A DNA stretch of 52,991 nt, the filler included, from Jimgerdemannia flammicorona (taxonomy: Eukaryota): NCBI GenBank assembly GCA_003990765.1. It is 2 parts of 2 records of this genome, joined end to end, with 100 filler letters (N's around TTAATTAATTAA, not from the genome) between each part and the next. Parts side by side here need not be neighbours in the genome. Positions count along the whole stretch, not along the records: positions 1 to 26,448 come from RBNJ01000726.1; 1 more part is not named here. One strand, given 5' to 3'. Shown piece after piece: positions 11,259 through 25,229 of this stretch. Position numbers and translations under genes: made by a program. The notes beneath the pieces were generated by a model. The model had not been told where the DNA came from. It searched no databases and saw nothing but the letters and a program-made list of their open reading frames with translations. How positions within the stretch are numbered: position 1 is the first letter of the stretch; every line of letters starts with the position of its first letter.

Positions 11259-14200
11259 TATCTTGATAGTCAGATTGTTAAAGTAGTACAGAGTGATGAT
11301 AGTTACTTATAATATTATTCAGAGTTTTTAGTTAGAGCAAGTACTGGTCATATATTCTGTCTTTCAGCAATAGAAGTATACTTGACTTCTTTGGAGTTTA
11401 TTTCTTTCTCTTTCAGTAAGTTTCTTAAAGATACTCAGCTAGGTGGATTCAGAATTTTGAGATGTCTAAGAGGTAGATGTAAAGAGAGCTTAGGATACTT
11501 CATACTTAGATCTCTCTTTCTTGATTTAAGATTTTTTCCTTATTATTAAATTGTTTTTGAGGCAGAATTGGTCCAGCTATTAGGATTTGCTTAACTATAG
11601 TCTGGATTCTGGCCAGGAACTTTTGTTGGTAATCATAACCAACTGAGTATTCTTGTTCTTAGATCTTTCTTGTGAGCCATTCTAGTAGTATATCAAATAA
11701 ATAGTCTGCTCTTATACTATTTCATACTTTATCATTGATAATATATCCTAGGCCAATAGTATTTAGAAGTGACTCAAGTTTTGTATAAAAAGTTTCAAAT
11801 TTCTCTTTACTATATATATCAAATTTGAGATTATAGAGTTTCACTTGAGATTTGGCAATTAGAGTTTTATTATAATATTGAGCAATCATGAGTTGTTTGA
11901 GTCCAGAGGCCACAGAGTGGTCTCTATATCCAGGAATATTATTTGCTGTATTTTGGACAACAACTATAGATCAGATGTTTCATGTGAGGGGTTTCTCAAG
12001 AAGAATTCACTACTATTCTTCAGTAGGTCCTCAGAAAAATACATATAACAACTTAGTGGACATATGCTGTAGTAGTAGCAAAGAGCTGTTCAATAGTATA
12101 GTCTTGGTTATTTATTAGGAGGTAGTTAGTAACTCACTTATTGGTCTATTTATTGGCTTTAAAATTGGTATCTATTATACTAATAAAGCTTTAAACTTCT
12201 TGTATAGTACTATTAAAGATAGATAGACTCAGGCTTTTTGTTAGTCAGGTCTATTTGGCTAAGACAGTAATAGTTATTATCATTATGGCTATTTGGACTA
12301 TAAGGTTTAAGATTTGTTAGTTTGTTATATTGTTTATAGAAGGTAATTATACTACTAATAATGAGATTACTGATATGACTTTAGATACTAGTGTAGAGTG
12401 TGATGATGTTCTTTGAGTCTATATGAGTTGCTGAAATAACTGTTGTGGATCTGATATAAGGGCTTAATAGATAACTATCTATTGTTCTGTAGATATATTT
12501 TGTTCTGAGGTAGATGTATTATCTTCAGTAGTATATCTGAAATTAAACTCAGTAAAAATACTTCTTCTTTTCTTTACTTTGTCTTTATATAGCTGGGTTT
12601 ATTTAGTATCAAAGTAAATAATATCTATTGTATACCAGATTTCAGATGAGCTTAAATCAAAAGCTAGTTCTGGTTCAACTTTGGGTTCAGATAGAGTTCT
12701 AGCTAGATCTGCTTCTGGCTCAGAGTTTGGTTATTGATGAAGGATTTCTCTAGCTTCTTCTTTAAGAATATAACAGGTCTTACAATTCTAAAAATAATAA
12801 TATAGAGCAGTCTTGGTCCTAGTATAGTAATAGTTAGTAGAGTTGAGCCACTTGACTATAGAGACTTGTGTTTCATGAAAAACTAAGGCTAAGAAGATAG
12901 CTGCTAGTTGTTCTAGATCACCTAGATTTATAAAGCTTATAAAACTCTTATTGAGAAGAGTAAAGAAGACTTCTATATATAAGACCTTCTTTATCTTAAC
13001 TTATAGAGTATAGAGCAAAGAGTTCAGTGAATAGAGTTTTATCTATTTGTTGATTTAATTAGAATACTTCTTTATATATATAAAGCTTGTCCTACTTATT
13101 GTAAGTATAGAAGTCTAATTATCCTTATATATCAGATTTAATTTACTCCAGATTGTTAGATAGTTCAGAATAAATTTCAGTTCAATAGTTGGGCTTTACA
13201 CCAACTTGTAGGAATTTCTATAGAAGGTTATAGCTGAGTAAGGAAGCATCTTGAAGCAGAATTAGATTGTGAACTACTACTACTAAATTGTAAGAGGATA
13301 CTTTCTTAGAGTACTGTTACATAGTTCTAAGAGAGTTTTTTTTTTTGGAAATTCTAGATATTCTGAAAGACTGTTTTCTTAGGATTAAGATTAATTTTAT
13401 ATAGAGTATATTCTCTATACTTATTAATTTCAAGATTGGATTGATATTTCAACCAAATTCCTTTTTTTTTAGACTTGTTCTAGGTGTTTAGGATTTTCCT
13501 TATTTTAGAAAGTTTAAGAAACTAAGACCAGCTTAATTGAATTAGTATATTGTTGTAGATAATAACTAATTTGAAAATTTTAGAATCTAGTTAGATCTAA
13601 TATAGTGTGAGTTTACCTAAGAGTAGTTTGTAGATTATTAAATAAATTTATTTACTATTTATAATATTACTATTAACTAATACTAAGAGTAGTATATAAA
13701 GGAATATTTATATAGAGAAGTGTTCTTGTCTATTTATATCTATTCAGATCTATATTTCTGAGATCTGGGGGATGAGAATATTTATACTAATGGGAGGTTA
13801 TCTGGACTATATTAAATATAGGTATAGTACTTTAGTATTTAATGAGTCAGAATATAGTCATATAGTATAATATGAACTGATATATTAAGAGATCAACTGA
13901 CCACTAAGTCAGTATACTGTTATATAATATAAGGCTAATCTAACTATACTAATGATTGTTAAACTATTTATAGGTTTAGATACTATCTGGATATTCTTCA
14001 ATAAGATTACTATCAATAATATTATCTCTGATAAAGTAATCATCTAAGAAGAGTGATTCTTGGATAATGTCTTCTTATTTATTTATATAATAGTATATTA
14101 GAACTATATTACTATCCTACAAGATAACATCATCTGTCTCATATACTGAGTATAGTGTTGGTGGACAGAAGGGGTGTATCATCTTTACTTTCATCAGATT

Positions 14201-14873
14201 TACTATTAGTATATCTTTAGTAAATTATAGTACTATATGTTGTAGAGTTATAGTAAACTGATGGCTGTTCTTCATTTTGCTTGTACTTGAGAGATAGAGT
14301 TGTTGATTCTATCTTAAAAGTAGTTTGGAGATATAGGTTATCTTCTCTGATCTCTTTATTATAGTTGAAGTAGTTAGATATAAATATAGATTAATACTCA
14401 TATCAGTGGTCATTATCTCAATAGATCTTATAAATAGTTATGAACTATTGTAAGTTCATCATCAAGATTGACAGAGTGATCAGGGTTAGCAGAGATTCTT
14501 GGCTAGAGGTCATATCAGTATCAGAGGAATTATTGTCTTCTACTTTATTATTATTGAACTAGATTATATTATAGATATCTTTTATGATATATCTAACTTA
14601 GGATATTTGTATAATATATGTGAGAAGGATCTGTCTGTAGTTTAGATATACTTGATATATTTTTGGTTGAGTTCTTATACTATGTCATCAATTTGGCCAT
14701 AAATCAGAGTGGTAACTATTTCAGTAGTAGTAACTCAGAGATAGGAAATAAAGGTGCTGTACTTATAAAAGAGTTCTCAGTATTTATGAGCAATGAGTTT
14801 CTGGTATTGAGATATTTTAGTAATATCTGTATTATAGTAATAGTTAATCATATCTTCTAAGAGGTGGCTAATC

Positions 14874-15297
14874 TAGTGCTCCCAATGAATCAAATCAAAT
14901 CAAATTTGGCCCAAACTCGATTCGATTCGATCGAATCAAGGGTCCAATTCAATTTGATTCGAATCAAATCAAAGGTCCAATTTGATTCGAAGTTTGATTT
15001 AAACCTTAATTTTCAAAATGTAATAACTCGATGAAAACTCGTCCAAATTTAACGTATTTTAGCTTGTTAGATTCACCATATTAATGTGATTCTAACAAGC
15101 TAAAGTATGTTAGATTTGGATGAGTTTACGCTGAGTTATTGCATTTTGAAAATTAGGGTTCAAATCAGACCCTCAATTTGATTCGACTTTTGATTCGATT
15201 CAAATTGATTTGAATTGAAAAATCCTCAATTTGATTTGACTCATTTAACCCTCAATTCAATTCAATTCAAATTGATTTGACTCGTTTGGGAGCACTA
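14874..15297. mobile_element. hAT-type non-autonomous DNA transposon (MITE), 424 bp
   Basis: TIR TAGTGCTCCCAA / TTGGGAGCACTA; perfect 8-bp TSD GGCTAATC at 14866-14873 and 15298-15305; subterminal AATC(G/A)/TTCGA pentamer arrays. Confidence 0.93.
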
Positions 15298-15719
15298 GGC
15301 TAATCTGATAGTAGCTTGAGGTTTGCCTAATTTAGTGAGCCTTACTAAGTATATTTAGAGTATTCTATAAGATTTCTACAAAATAGAGGGGTGCTAAACT
15401 ATAGATATTTATAAGAGATAGGGGTGCTGTAGCTTAGTTGATAATGATATTCTAAATATCAATATAGATGTAGTTGTAGACTTTGGTGGTCATGTCTAGA
15501 TATATTTGAGAGTTATAGTTATGATTTTTTACTCTTTATTTTGACATACTATATATTCAGTATATATTTTCAGTTCTGATTAGTAAGGTTTCATTTTCAT
15601 ATATCTTATATTCTGTAACTTTGAGTTGACTTAGCTTTATGATCTTATATGTAATTTCTAAATTTACTCTAAGGGTAATATGTGATTACAGTAACTTAGA
15701 GGTTATACATTTATATCAG

Positions 15720-18124
15720 CTTAGAGTTGAGATCTTGGATTTTGTTTCTCTCTTTCTTCCACTTCTTGACTGGCTTTTTTTCTTCTATTTTTCCATGTTC
15801 TTGAAGAAGTCTTTGTAGGGTTTTGACCAAAAGATCTTCCTTATCATCTCTCTTATCATAATTACTTTAGGTGATTTCTTATCTGATATCAAAAAATCCT
15901 TAAGCTATATTCAGACTTTCTGATGCCTAGAGTATAGACATACTGGGCAATATTTGGGAGAATTCTATTTATGAAAGTTATTGGACCTATAATGTCTTAG
16001 TTGATAACATTAAACCCAGCTATATATATTCTTTTCTAGATTCTGATAAAGAATACTCTGGGTAATTCTCTAAGATTTATCTTCATTCTCATAATAGATT
16101 CTTAGGCCTTATAGCAGATATTATTTTCTGTATATTCTTTAATAAACCAGTAGATCATGGCCTCATATTCTACTTTTCAGAATAGTACTATATAAATGAC
16201 TATTCTAAAGTCTAAATATGTATCACTTACTATTTGATTGAAGATTCTCTTTGCTAGTTCTCTGAGTTGGATCTTATAGATAACAACTTTTCTCTGGATA
16301 GAAAGATTCTTTAGAGCTGTAATTTCTTTAATTTCATCAAGGAATTCTCTTGGATTTTCTTCTGAGTATTCTGTAAAGGTGAGTATTGAGATAGTCATTT
16401 TGTTATTACTGTCTTCTGGTTCTGATTTTGATTTTGATTTGAATTCTGGTTCTGATTTACTTTCCAATTCTAATTCTGATTTACTTTTTGAGTTGTTACT
16501 AAAGTGTAAAATACTTGAGTATTCTGAAGATAGTATTATTGATCTCAAGCAAGATATAGTGAGTCTAGATATTCTTGAAGAGACTACTTCTAGTCCTTCT
16601 AATTCAGTAGTTACTGGTCCTGGTAATGGTTTAATGGGGAAGATTGGCAAAGCTTCTGAGAGAAATAAAAATTATGCAATGAGGTCTTCTAACTCTTATA
16701 CAAGCTTGTTGAAGTTTCTAATAGAGCTATTAGTATTATCTAGTTGATCTGATTGAGACAAGTCTTCTGGATTAATACTGGTTGAGAATTCTATACTGTA
16801 CTGGCTTTAGGTTGAGATTCTTCCAATACTGGATAGTTGGTAAGTCTTGAGATAATCTCTTCTCTTCTTTTCTAAATACTAGTTCTTCTATAGTAGTAGA
16901 GATTAGTATTATATCAAATATATCCAACTAGACTATAGGTTCTTGTGAGCTAAAAAGTTACATAGATTTTAAAGAAAATCTTTCCAGTTGAGCCCCCAAA
17001 TATAATATATCTAACTCAATAGAGGTAAATTACAAGATTGGAGGTTTGTGTAGTTTGGCTTGAGCCCCTAGTTACTTTGTCAAAAAGCAACAAAATGTTC
17101 AATGATTTCTGGTATTCTTATTAGTATTTAGTGATATAATAATCAAATCCGAATACAGTGATCAATTCAGACAGATTTCCTTATTGAGATAGTTCTTAAG
17201 TATAGTGATAATTTGTATGATAGTCTCAGTAAGTGGGTCTCCTTATATGATTTCTGTATAATAATTATATTTTCAAAAATATATAATTTCTGTATAATGA
17301 TCTCTGTATAATGTAATAATCTTCAAAAGTATAAATTTCTGACATAATGATCTTAGTATAATATGATAAATTTAATAGTATTTCTTATTAAGTAGTAGAT
17401 TGGCAGATAACTTAGTTTTGGTATAGATTCTTCTAAATTGACAGGCTTCTTAAGAATAGCTCAGATAACTTAGATAATGAATAACTTGATAACTCAGATA
17501 GTGGATTCTTAGGCAAAGTTATGTCAAAGACTAGTTTCATTTATATGAATATGAGTTTATTATAAAGTTGCATCTAATAGACTAACTTTGTATTGAGAAT
17601 ACAGGTGGACTTCTCTTGAAAATAGTGGCTTTTTCTTAAGTAGCAGATTACTTAAATAGTAGTAAAGTTCTTCACTTAAACTTAGGCAGATTTCTCAGAC
17701 TTTATATCAGAAAGTAGACTAGAGTGAAAAAGAAAGCTCACAACTTCTTAGCAGTGACTCATTGGTAGGTTTCTCCTCTTAAGTATATCAGACAATTAGC
17801 TTTTGCTTTTTGATTTTCAGACTGAGATTTATTCACTCTTGTCTCTAAGATATTTTATATAAGTTGGTTACTATCTGGTTACTATATAGCTAACTATAGA
17901 TTGCTATTTCTGGTAATATTTAGCTATTCCTATTGGGAACATAAATCTCAAATTCTAGTATAGTGTACCTGCTGGGAATACTTTGTGCCCTTATTTGGTT
18001 ATCTAGGTTATTTATATAAGTTAGCATAGTAGGGCAGTCCTGGTTGCCTAGTATACTTGATATGGTAAGTATATGGCTAAATTAGTAACTAATTTGGAGT
18101 ATGTTTTTCTCCTAGCTTGTCACA
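15720..18124 (-). mobile_element. Truncated gypsy B (5' LTR 18124-17001, PBS, gag 5' part), older relative of gypsy G3
   Basis: LTR end matches 41400-41490; PBS TGGGGGCTCAACTGG at 16998-16984; ORF 16177-16650 (EENPREFLDEIKEI) aligns to G3 gag (EEDPREFLDGIEGI). Visible homology ends near 15720. Confidence 0.88.
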
Positions 18125-18233
18125 ATATTTACAGCAGGGTAGGTCTCTCTGGGTTGTTCTTTTGGAGGAGGAGGGATACTATATCCTGCTGGACAAAAGC
18201 CTGTATATACACCCAACATCAATGTGGTCTACC

Positions 18234-21200
18234 ACCTTTCACCAGTAACATTCAGGTGATACAAGACTCAGGCAACACTTTCAACAATGTTTTGGTGAAA
18301 GGCGACTAGCAATATGGAATGCAATGAACATGCAGGTGTGCATACTAGGTCAGGTGGACCTAGGGCCTTCGACTGGCAGCAGGTGGGGAGGGGTTATGGC
18401 CTGGGGATGGGGGCCTTCGAGGGGCCAAAGAGTGGAGAAGGCTCTGGAAGGGGACCAGTATCTAGTGGCAATGGGGGAAGATCTGGTCTCCCAAGCTTCA
18501 CAGATAAGGTTAAGGAGAGTGGGTGGCTGGCTGGTACTAGGGCGAGGGAGGGTGGTGCTTTGGCTGGGAGTGCAGGCATAGAGGCTGGAGGTGCTGTGGC
18601 TGGGGGTGTGACTGTTGATGAGAGTGTGATGGGGAATCAGGAAAAAAAAAGAGATATAATAGCTGATGGCCAGGTGGGGCAGGGGTTCCCGATGTGGAAG
18701 GGGGACCTGGCAGATGGTGTGACAGGACTGGCGGTGACCCCATTACTCAAGAAGTTGATCTTAGAGTTTGCAGTAACCTTGTGCTTCTGGAGCTTGGCAG
18801 TGACGGCAAGAATGGTTCTGGGGCTTGTTTCGAACCAGATGGCTAGAGTGGTCTTGGTGAAGTTCTTGAAGAGTCTGGAGGGGGTCAAGGTGGGCTTTGA
18901 GGAGGCAGGCCCACTGAATGAGGCACTGAAGACTAGAGTCATGGTTGGGGAGGTAGTGGTCTCTATGGTGTAGTGTCTGCAATGGGATCCCAGGGTGGTG
19001 TAGCTTCTGGTGAAGGGGGTACCCATGGTGACTAAGGAGGAGACTAGGAAGAGGGTGGAGGAGGTGATGATTGAGTATGGTGATATGGTGGATATTGGCT
19101 TTCAGGTGTGGGAGAGGAAAATGATCAGGACAGATGACATTGATGTCAGGATTCAGCTGGCAGACAAGGAGGCCATGGGGAAGGCAAGTGACTGGTCTTC
19201 TGTGCTGATGTGGGGGGCTTTTATCTGTAAGGTTTCGAGGGTGAAGGGGAGTGAGAAGGAGGAGGAGGACTTGTTGGAGGTGCTAGAGGAGATGAGTGGA
19301 GCTGTGGAGAGGAGGGCAAGGGCCTGGAAGATGTATGAGGAGTCAATGCATCTAGAGGTTATGGATGGGAAATGCACCCATACTGACAGGAAGCAGTGGG
19401 AGTAGGCACAGGGATACAGGAGACAGAGAGAGCTACTTGCAAGTATGAGAGTAGAGATGAAGCAGAAGGCAGTGAGAGCTGAAGGGCCTGGGGGTATCAA
19501 AGCCAGTGTTTGGGCAAGTAAAGGGGTTGGGGAGGTGGAGGTAGATAAGAAAGAGGCTGAAAAGGTGCTGAGCAAGAACCTCTTTACCGACAGCACTTTC
19601 GAGGTCTGGGAGCCAGAGCTGGATGCAACCCCCCCTCTTATTAGGAGGGGCCTGGCTGAAATGAGATAGACAACAGAGGATATGCCAATGAAGGGGGCCC
19701 AGTGGATGTACTTTGGGGTCCCTGATGTGGAAAAAGGGGGTCAGGTAGTGGCGGTTGGTGAGGATGAGCTAGTGGATGTCCCTGAGGAGGAGTGAGATGA
19801 GACTGCCAGTGTAGGGGCTGATACCACGATGTTGGATGTCAGACAGCTGGGGACTCCAGGAGAGAAGGAGGTGGGGAACTTGCTGTGGATGAGCAAGGTA
19901 ATGGATAACCTAGTGGCTGAGACTTTGGGGGAAGTGGACCTATGGATAATGCCTGAGGAGTATTGGGCTCAGATTTTGCATGGTGAGGGTGTGGTGGAGG
20001 CACTGAAGGGGGGGATTCTTTCGATTTTCCTGGAGGAGGAGGAATATGAGGTTGATGAGGTGAGGAGGGCTGAGCTGGTAGTGGTCGCTGGTGAGCAGGC
20101 AGCATACTGTTGGGCAGAGTGGCATGGTTTGTGGTTCTGGCAGGAGGCATGTCAGGAATATCATGAGGACTTTGAGGAGTGAGAAGATGGGGTGATAGTA
20201 GAACTTCTGGGAGGGTTAGAGGTACAGGAAGCTGGTGAGCAGGAACTAACTGCTGATCATGACTTAGATTTGTTGCAGGAGGAGCAGGATGCAGAATTGT
20301 AGAGGGTGGGTTCATGATACAACATTTTTCTCTTATGAACAGTACAACCAACATTTTCTCTTTGAATGTGAATGGGCTAAGGGGATTGGGGTGGCATAAG
20401 AACATTTTTAATTAGCTCAAGGGATTGGAGGCTGATCTTTTTCTACTGCAAGATGTCCAGTGTGAGGATGAGGATGATTGGGTTGAGTGGACTAGAGAAT
20501 GGGGTGGGGCTGTTGCTTGGTTTGGAAAAGTGGCGATTCTGGTGAGAAAGGGTCAAGGAGATTTGAGGGATATTGAGAGCTGGGGTAATTGCTTGGTCTG
20601 GAGAGATTGGCATTGGCTGGGGTGGGAGTCAGTGAGAGTTGACTCTTGCTACTGTCCTGTGGTTAGAGGTGAGAGAATTGCATGGATTAAGGAGCTGCTG
20701 GAGGGGGGTATTCTCTTGGAGGAAGGGGTTGATGTGCTTGGGGGGAACTTTAATATAGTTCGGGATTAGCATCTGGACTGAACTGATGGTAGGCAGAGTA
20801 CAGGAGGGAGAAGTGGAGGCCTGGATGCATGAGAGGAGGTGGAGCAGCTGAGCTCCTTAGGGGATATGGGCAGAATGTGATGGGGCAACTCCAGGGTCTA
20901 CACATATTGGGTGAATGGCTTAGGTACAAGGATTGACTGGATTCTGACAGCAGAATGCTGGGGGTCTGATGTCTGGAAGGCTTTGGAGGTGGAATGGTGC
21001 CCATGGTCTGATCACTGGGGACTGTTGGGTCAGGGGCAGTTTGGGGAGAGTGGAGATGGACCCAGACATTGGCACCTTAACTCCTCCCTGCTGGCTGAGA
21101 TGAGGTTGTAGGATTCATGGGTAGAGGACATTCAGGCAAAAGTTTCTTGCTGGAGGTGTGAGGGTTTGTCAGTGTCCATTGGATGAGATTGAAAGAGGCT

Positions 21201-24056
21201 GCGAGGGTCTATTGGGGAGGGGCTGGGAGAGAAGCGGGGAGATGGAGGAGGAAACAGATGAGGTGTGCTTCCAATAGGCTGAGGAGATTGCATATGGATT
21301 GGGCTGGTTTGCTCACTTCTGATGGGGTGGAGGATTGGAGGTTAGCACAGGTTAGATTGGAGATAATGGAACTGCAACAGATGTTGAGAGAAGAGGAGAA
21401 GGTGTATGTGTAAAGTATGGCTGCTAGGCTAAGGTGGCAGGGGCTTGAGGAGGGTGAGCAGCCTACTAGGTATTTGTCCCATAAGCTCAAAGCTAGGAGG
21501 GTGAGACATCAGTGGGATGGAGTCCTGGATACTGATGGGGACATGGTACATGGCATGCAACAAATCTTAGGGGTTTTGAAAGAGAGATGGCAGGGTTTGT
21601 GGAGTGAGGAAGAAGGGAGTACTGATGGGGTGGCTATTGAGGATACATTAGGGGAATAGAGGCCACTGCAAGTGGCTGGACTGAATGACTTGACCTTGCT
21701 GGTATGAGGTGAGGAGGTCCAGAGTATCCTTGTGGCAACTAAAACTGGAATAGCACCAGGGGAGAATGGACTACTATGGGACTTCTGGAAGAAGATGGTT
21801 AAGGTCCCCAGCATTTTGGGTGAGATGACTGCTCTCTGTGATCATGTTCTTCAGAGTAGTGAGTGGGTTGGAGAGCAGGACCTCAGGCTGGTGGCTTTAT
21901 TGTACAAAGACAAGGGGAGGAGAGAAGACTAGATGAACTGGTGGCCAATCATACTTTTGGACATAGACAGGAAGATGGTAACTAAGGTGGTTGTTGCAAG
22001 GCTGCAGAAGGTTACCCAACAGGTACTGGGGGAGGAGCAGTGGGGCTTTGTTGGAGACAGACTTATAAGAGATGGGACTGCATGAGTGCATGGTGTCATT
22101 GAAGGGGCCCAGGCTTGTGGACTAGATAGAAGGTTGGTCTTCTTGGACCAGGAGAAGGCCTATGACCAGGTCTGGCAGGTTTGGCTGGGCAAGGTACTAG
22201 ATTGTATTGGTGTTCCTCCAGGATTTCAGGCTTCTATGTTGAATCTGCTAAAAGGCAGTCAGGTGGCACTGATGTGTAATAGTCACCATGGTCTGGCATT
22301 TATCTTGAAAAGAGGGGTTCCTTAGAGGGACCCCCTGTCCTCTATTCTTTATGCCCTTGCATTGGAACTGTTAATGGATAGGATTCACCAGAAGGTGGAA
22401 GGGCTTTCTATCTATGGCATAGTGTGGAAGGTGGGAGCATTTGTGGATGATATAGTGGTTGGCCTTGGGTCTGTGGCAGATGTCGAGGCACTTAAGAAGA
22501 TGGTGAAATGATATGAGAATCACTCTGGGGTAAAGTTCAACTGCATAAGTGTGAGACTATGGTACTAGGGAATGGGCTGGTGAGTGGGGACATCATTGGA
22601 ACAATTGTCCCTACTGGTGAGGTGGTATGGTATCTGGGCATCTTCCTCTCTATATATGGTTCTGTCCTGCTGCAAGTGTGGTGGGAGAGCAGAGTGGCTG
22701 CTTGGGGGGAGGCCCTTTGAGGTTAGAGAGGCCACCATATCTCTCTAGCAGGGTGGGTAGCAATTCTGAATACATACTGGTTCCCCAAGCTGTGGTATGT
22801 GGCCTACCACCTAGACTTCCCAGCTTGGGTGGTAAAGAGGCTGACAAAGGTGGCTAGGGATTGGATTTGGGCAGGAAGGAGGTCCCAGATCAGTTGGGAT
22901 ACTCTTGCGACACTGGTGGTCAGGGGAGGTCTTGGTCTTGTGGATTTCCCTAAGAGGTTATACTGCTTACAAGCCTGGTGGTTGAGGAGAGCAGCTGAAC
23001 TGCAAGGAGGGGGTTGGGTACCTCTGCTGCAGAAGGTGTAGGAGATGAGAACATCCCCCTGAGGGTCCTCAGGAGATCTACTCTCTTTGGTGGGGCTCAA
23101 TGGAATTTAGAGGCTGAGGTTTAAGGGCTTTTGGTGGGGAGTGGTCGATGGAGTGCACAGAATTGGTCTGTACTGGCAAGGCAATAAGGAAGAGGTGTTG
23201 TGGGGACCTAGTATGTGGTGATGGGATAGACTACTACTGGGGGGTACTCTACTTGCTGCTTTTAATATAAGGGATGGAGTGGAGTGTCAGCAGGGTCTTG
23301 GCCAGAATCTTTGGCCAAGTGGTTGGCAGGCAGTTGGGATCAGTGAGGAGTGGGACTGGGCAGGTGTCTGGTCTTGGAGTGCTGAGGTATGGTAGTGGCT
23401 TCTCACCAAGTTTTGGGTGGTATGGTGGTGAATGCTGCAGAGGAATGTCATGCTGAATTTCTACACCGGGCATCTGGTGGATGGTGACTGCTTCGACTGT
23501 GAGGAATGTTACAATGTAGGGCAGGCTGGGGGTTTGGTGCAGATGCCAGAACATTGGTTGGAAGAGTGTGAGGTTTTGGGGACTTTTGGGTTGAAATAGG
23601 GGATAGGCTGGGGGTGGGGTGCCAGCTGGTGGGTGAGGGGGATCGCTGGGAGGACTTGAGGTGTCAGCTAGTGGGGGGGGTGGGTGATAGTTGGCTCACT
23701 GTTGGGTGGGTGTTAGCAGTTTGGGTGGGATTGGTGGGACATTGGCTATTTGTGTTTGAGGAGAGGTGGCAGGTGGGCCTGCAGGAGAAGGTTTTAAGGT
23801 GGGAGGAGCTGTTGGGAGATCTGTTAACTAGATGGTGGATAGGTTGGGGTCCTTCAGGGGGGTGACAGTGAGGTTTGGTGACAAGGATATGCGAGCAGAG
23901 TGGTGGGAGGGTGGGAATTGTATTCGATAGAGTGGTGTTTCATTGAGAAGGGATAGGGGGGAGGGGCCCCCCTAGGGGGATTGGATAGGGGGTGGGTTCA
24001 CTGTACTTATATGGGATAGATGGGTGTAATAAAGGAAGAGTCCAAGAAAAAAAAAA
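18234..24056 (+). mobile_element. LINE-2: full-length, more decayed copy of the same LINE family (ORF1 ~18314-20301, ORF2 ~20335-23950)
   Basis: Collinear with LINE-1; AATAAA and poly(A); perfect 16-bp TSD ATCAATGTGGTCTACC at 18218-18233 and 24057-24072. Confidence 0.95.
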
Positions 24057-25229
24057 ATCAATGTGGTCTACCCTGCGACACCAAGCGAAGGCGGCACTTA
24101 TTTTTTCGGACTACTCGGACCCCCCCCCTCCTTTCGTAACGCTCGTCCCGGGTTCAGACATAAGTATTTGGCGAGCTTGAAAGTATTTTTTTTTTTTTTC
24201 TTCACAGACCAAATCAGGTATCCCGTCAAGTGATAATAATTTGCTGGGTTTACGCTGTCGCTGGACCACCAAAGATATTTAATACAACCCATGAACTATA
24301 AACCATCTCACAAAAAAAGTGTGTGCTTGACAACCATGTACAAACTTGGCCCACGCTTCCGAGCTTATCAATTGTGTAGAACCCAAAGAGTGAACGCGAA
24401 GAGCCTGGTGGCGGGTTCTGACTGGTGGCGTCTCTCGCCTGTCATCCAAGATCAACCCGATAAAAGAAATAAGACAAAACAATCGAAATGAGAAGTTGAG
24501 GCCAAAAAAAAAAAAAAAAAAAAAAACCCCCAAACAAGCACCCAGAGCTATTCCATCATCGTTGTCCGAATACATGAGATGGAGGGGGGATTGCTAATAA
24601 AGCACTGGATTCGGCATTGAATAATCTAACGTATATACACCCTAGCCGATCACTAATTCCGAGGTCACCAGCCACGTCAGATAGAAGTCCGCAAGATCCT
24701 CGACGCAGAGACCTCACGTAATCTGGCCTGTAAGCCCGTGCCTTTACGCAATCTGCAAAGAGTTTCAGATAATCCGAGAATTCGCGACCCTTAGCACGCA
24801 ATCCAGTGCGAATGCTTCGATATTATCTTGTATAAATATACATGTTTTTTGGTGAATAAAGTCAGTCAATTTCTAGGGCAGAAATTACTCCGTGACCAAG
24901 GAAACGTAAAACGATTGCGTCCGAATAATCCAGACACCATATTTCGAGAGGTCGAGGGTCAATCGGAATCCAGAAGACCGCACCGAATCATTACATCGAT
25001 CCGATGCAAATAAGAACGTGCTTGCTCAACACAAAACACAGATTGGGATTCGCAAGGAGCGGGTTTCGTCCAGTAATGGTAGTGGTAGAGAGAGGTCATC
25101 GCTTCACTCCCGCAAATTTTCTACGCACCTTTTACGACAAAATATACAGGTGAACTAAGGATACAGCTAATAATACATAAACAAAGACAATAAAATCGCC
25201 CATCAACAATATGTAAATTTCTCCGCCAT

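Larger units (their letters stand above)
3727..13600 (-). mobile_element. Decayed Ty3/gypsy element A (gag-ZnK-dUTPase-PR-partial RT), interrupted by LINE-1; outer limit approximate
   Basis: Putative PBS TGGTGTAAAGCCC near 13203-13191 next to TGTAGG at 13207; gag-like ORF 11722-11913; knuckle remnant YFYC*KTEYMTSTC near 11340-11385; protease remnant MIDNRASDNFI 10360-10593; RT remnants YGTPVLFIIKK..IGYQDLN (~3900-4000) and KTIFQTCYRHFEFLVIP (~3735-3790). RT stops there. Confidence 0.8.

Noticed and set aside
13600..15720. Assigning this AT-rich stretch (outside the MITE) to gypsy B or another family
   Set aside because: Looks like decayed TE DNA, but I could not recover diagnostic motifs.
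4269..24072. Sequence-specific (Tx1-type) LINE targeting
   Set aside because: The two TSDs and the other flanks share no consensus.
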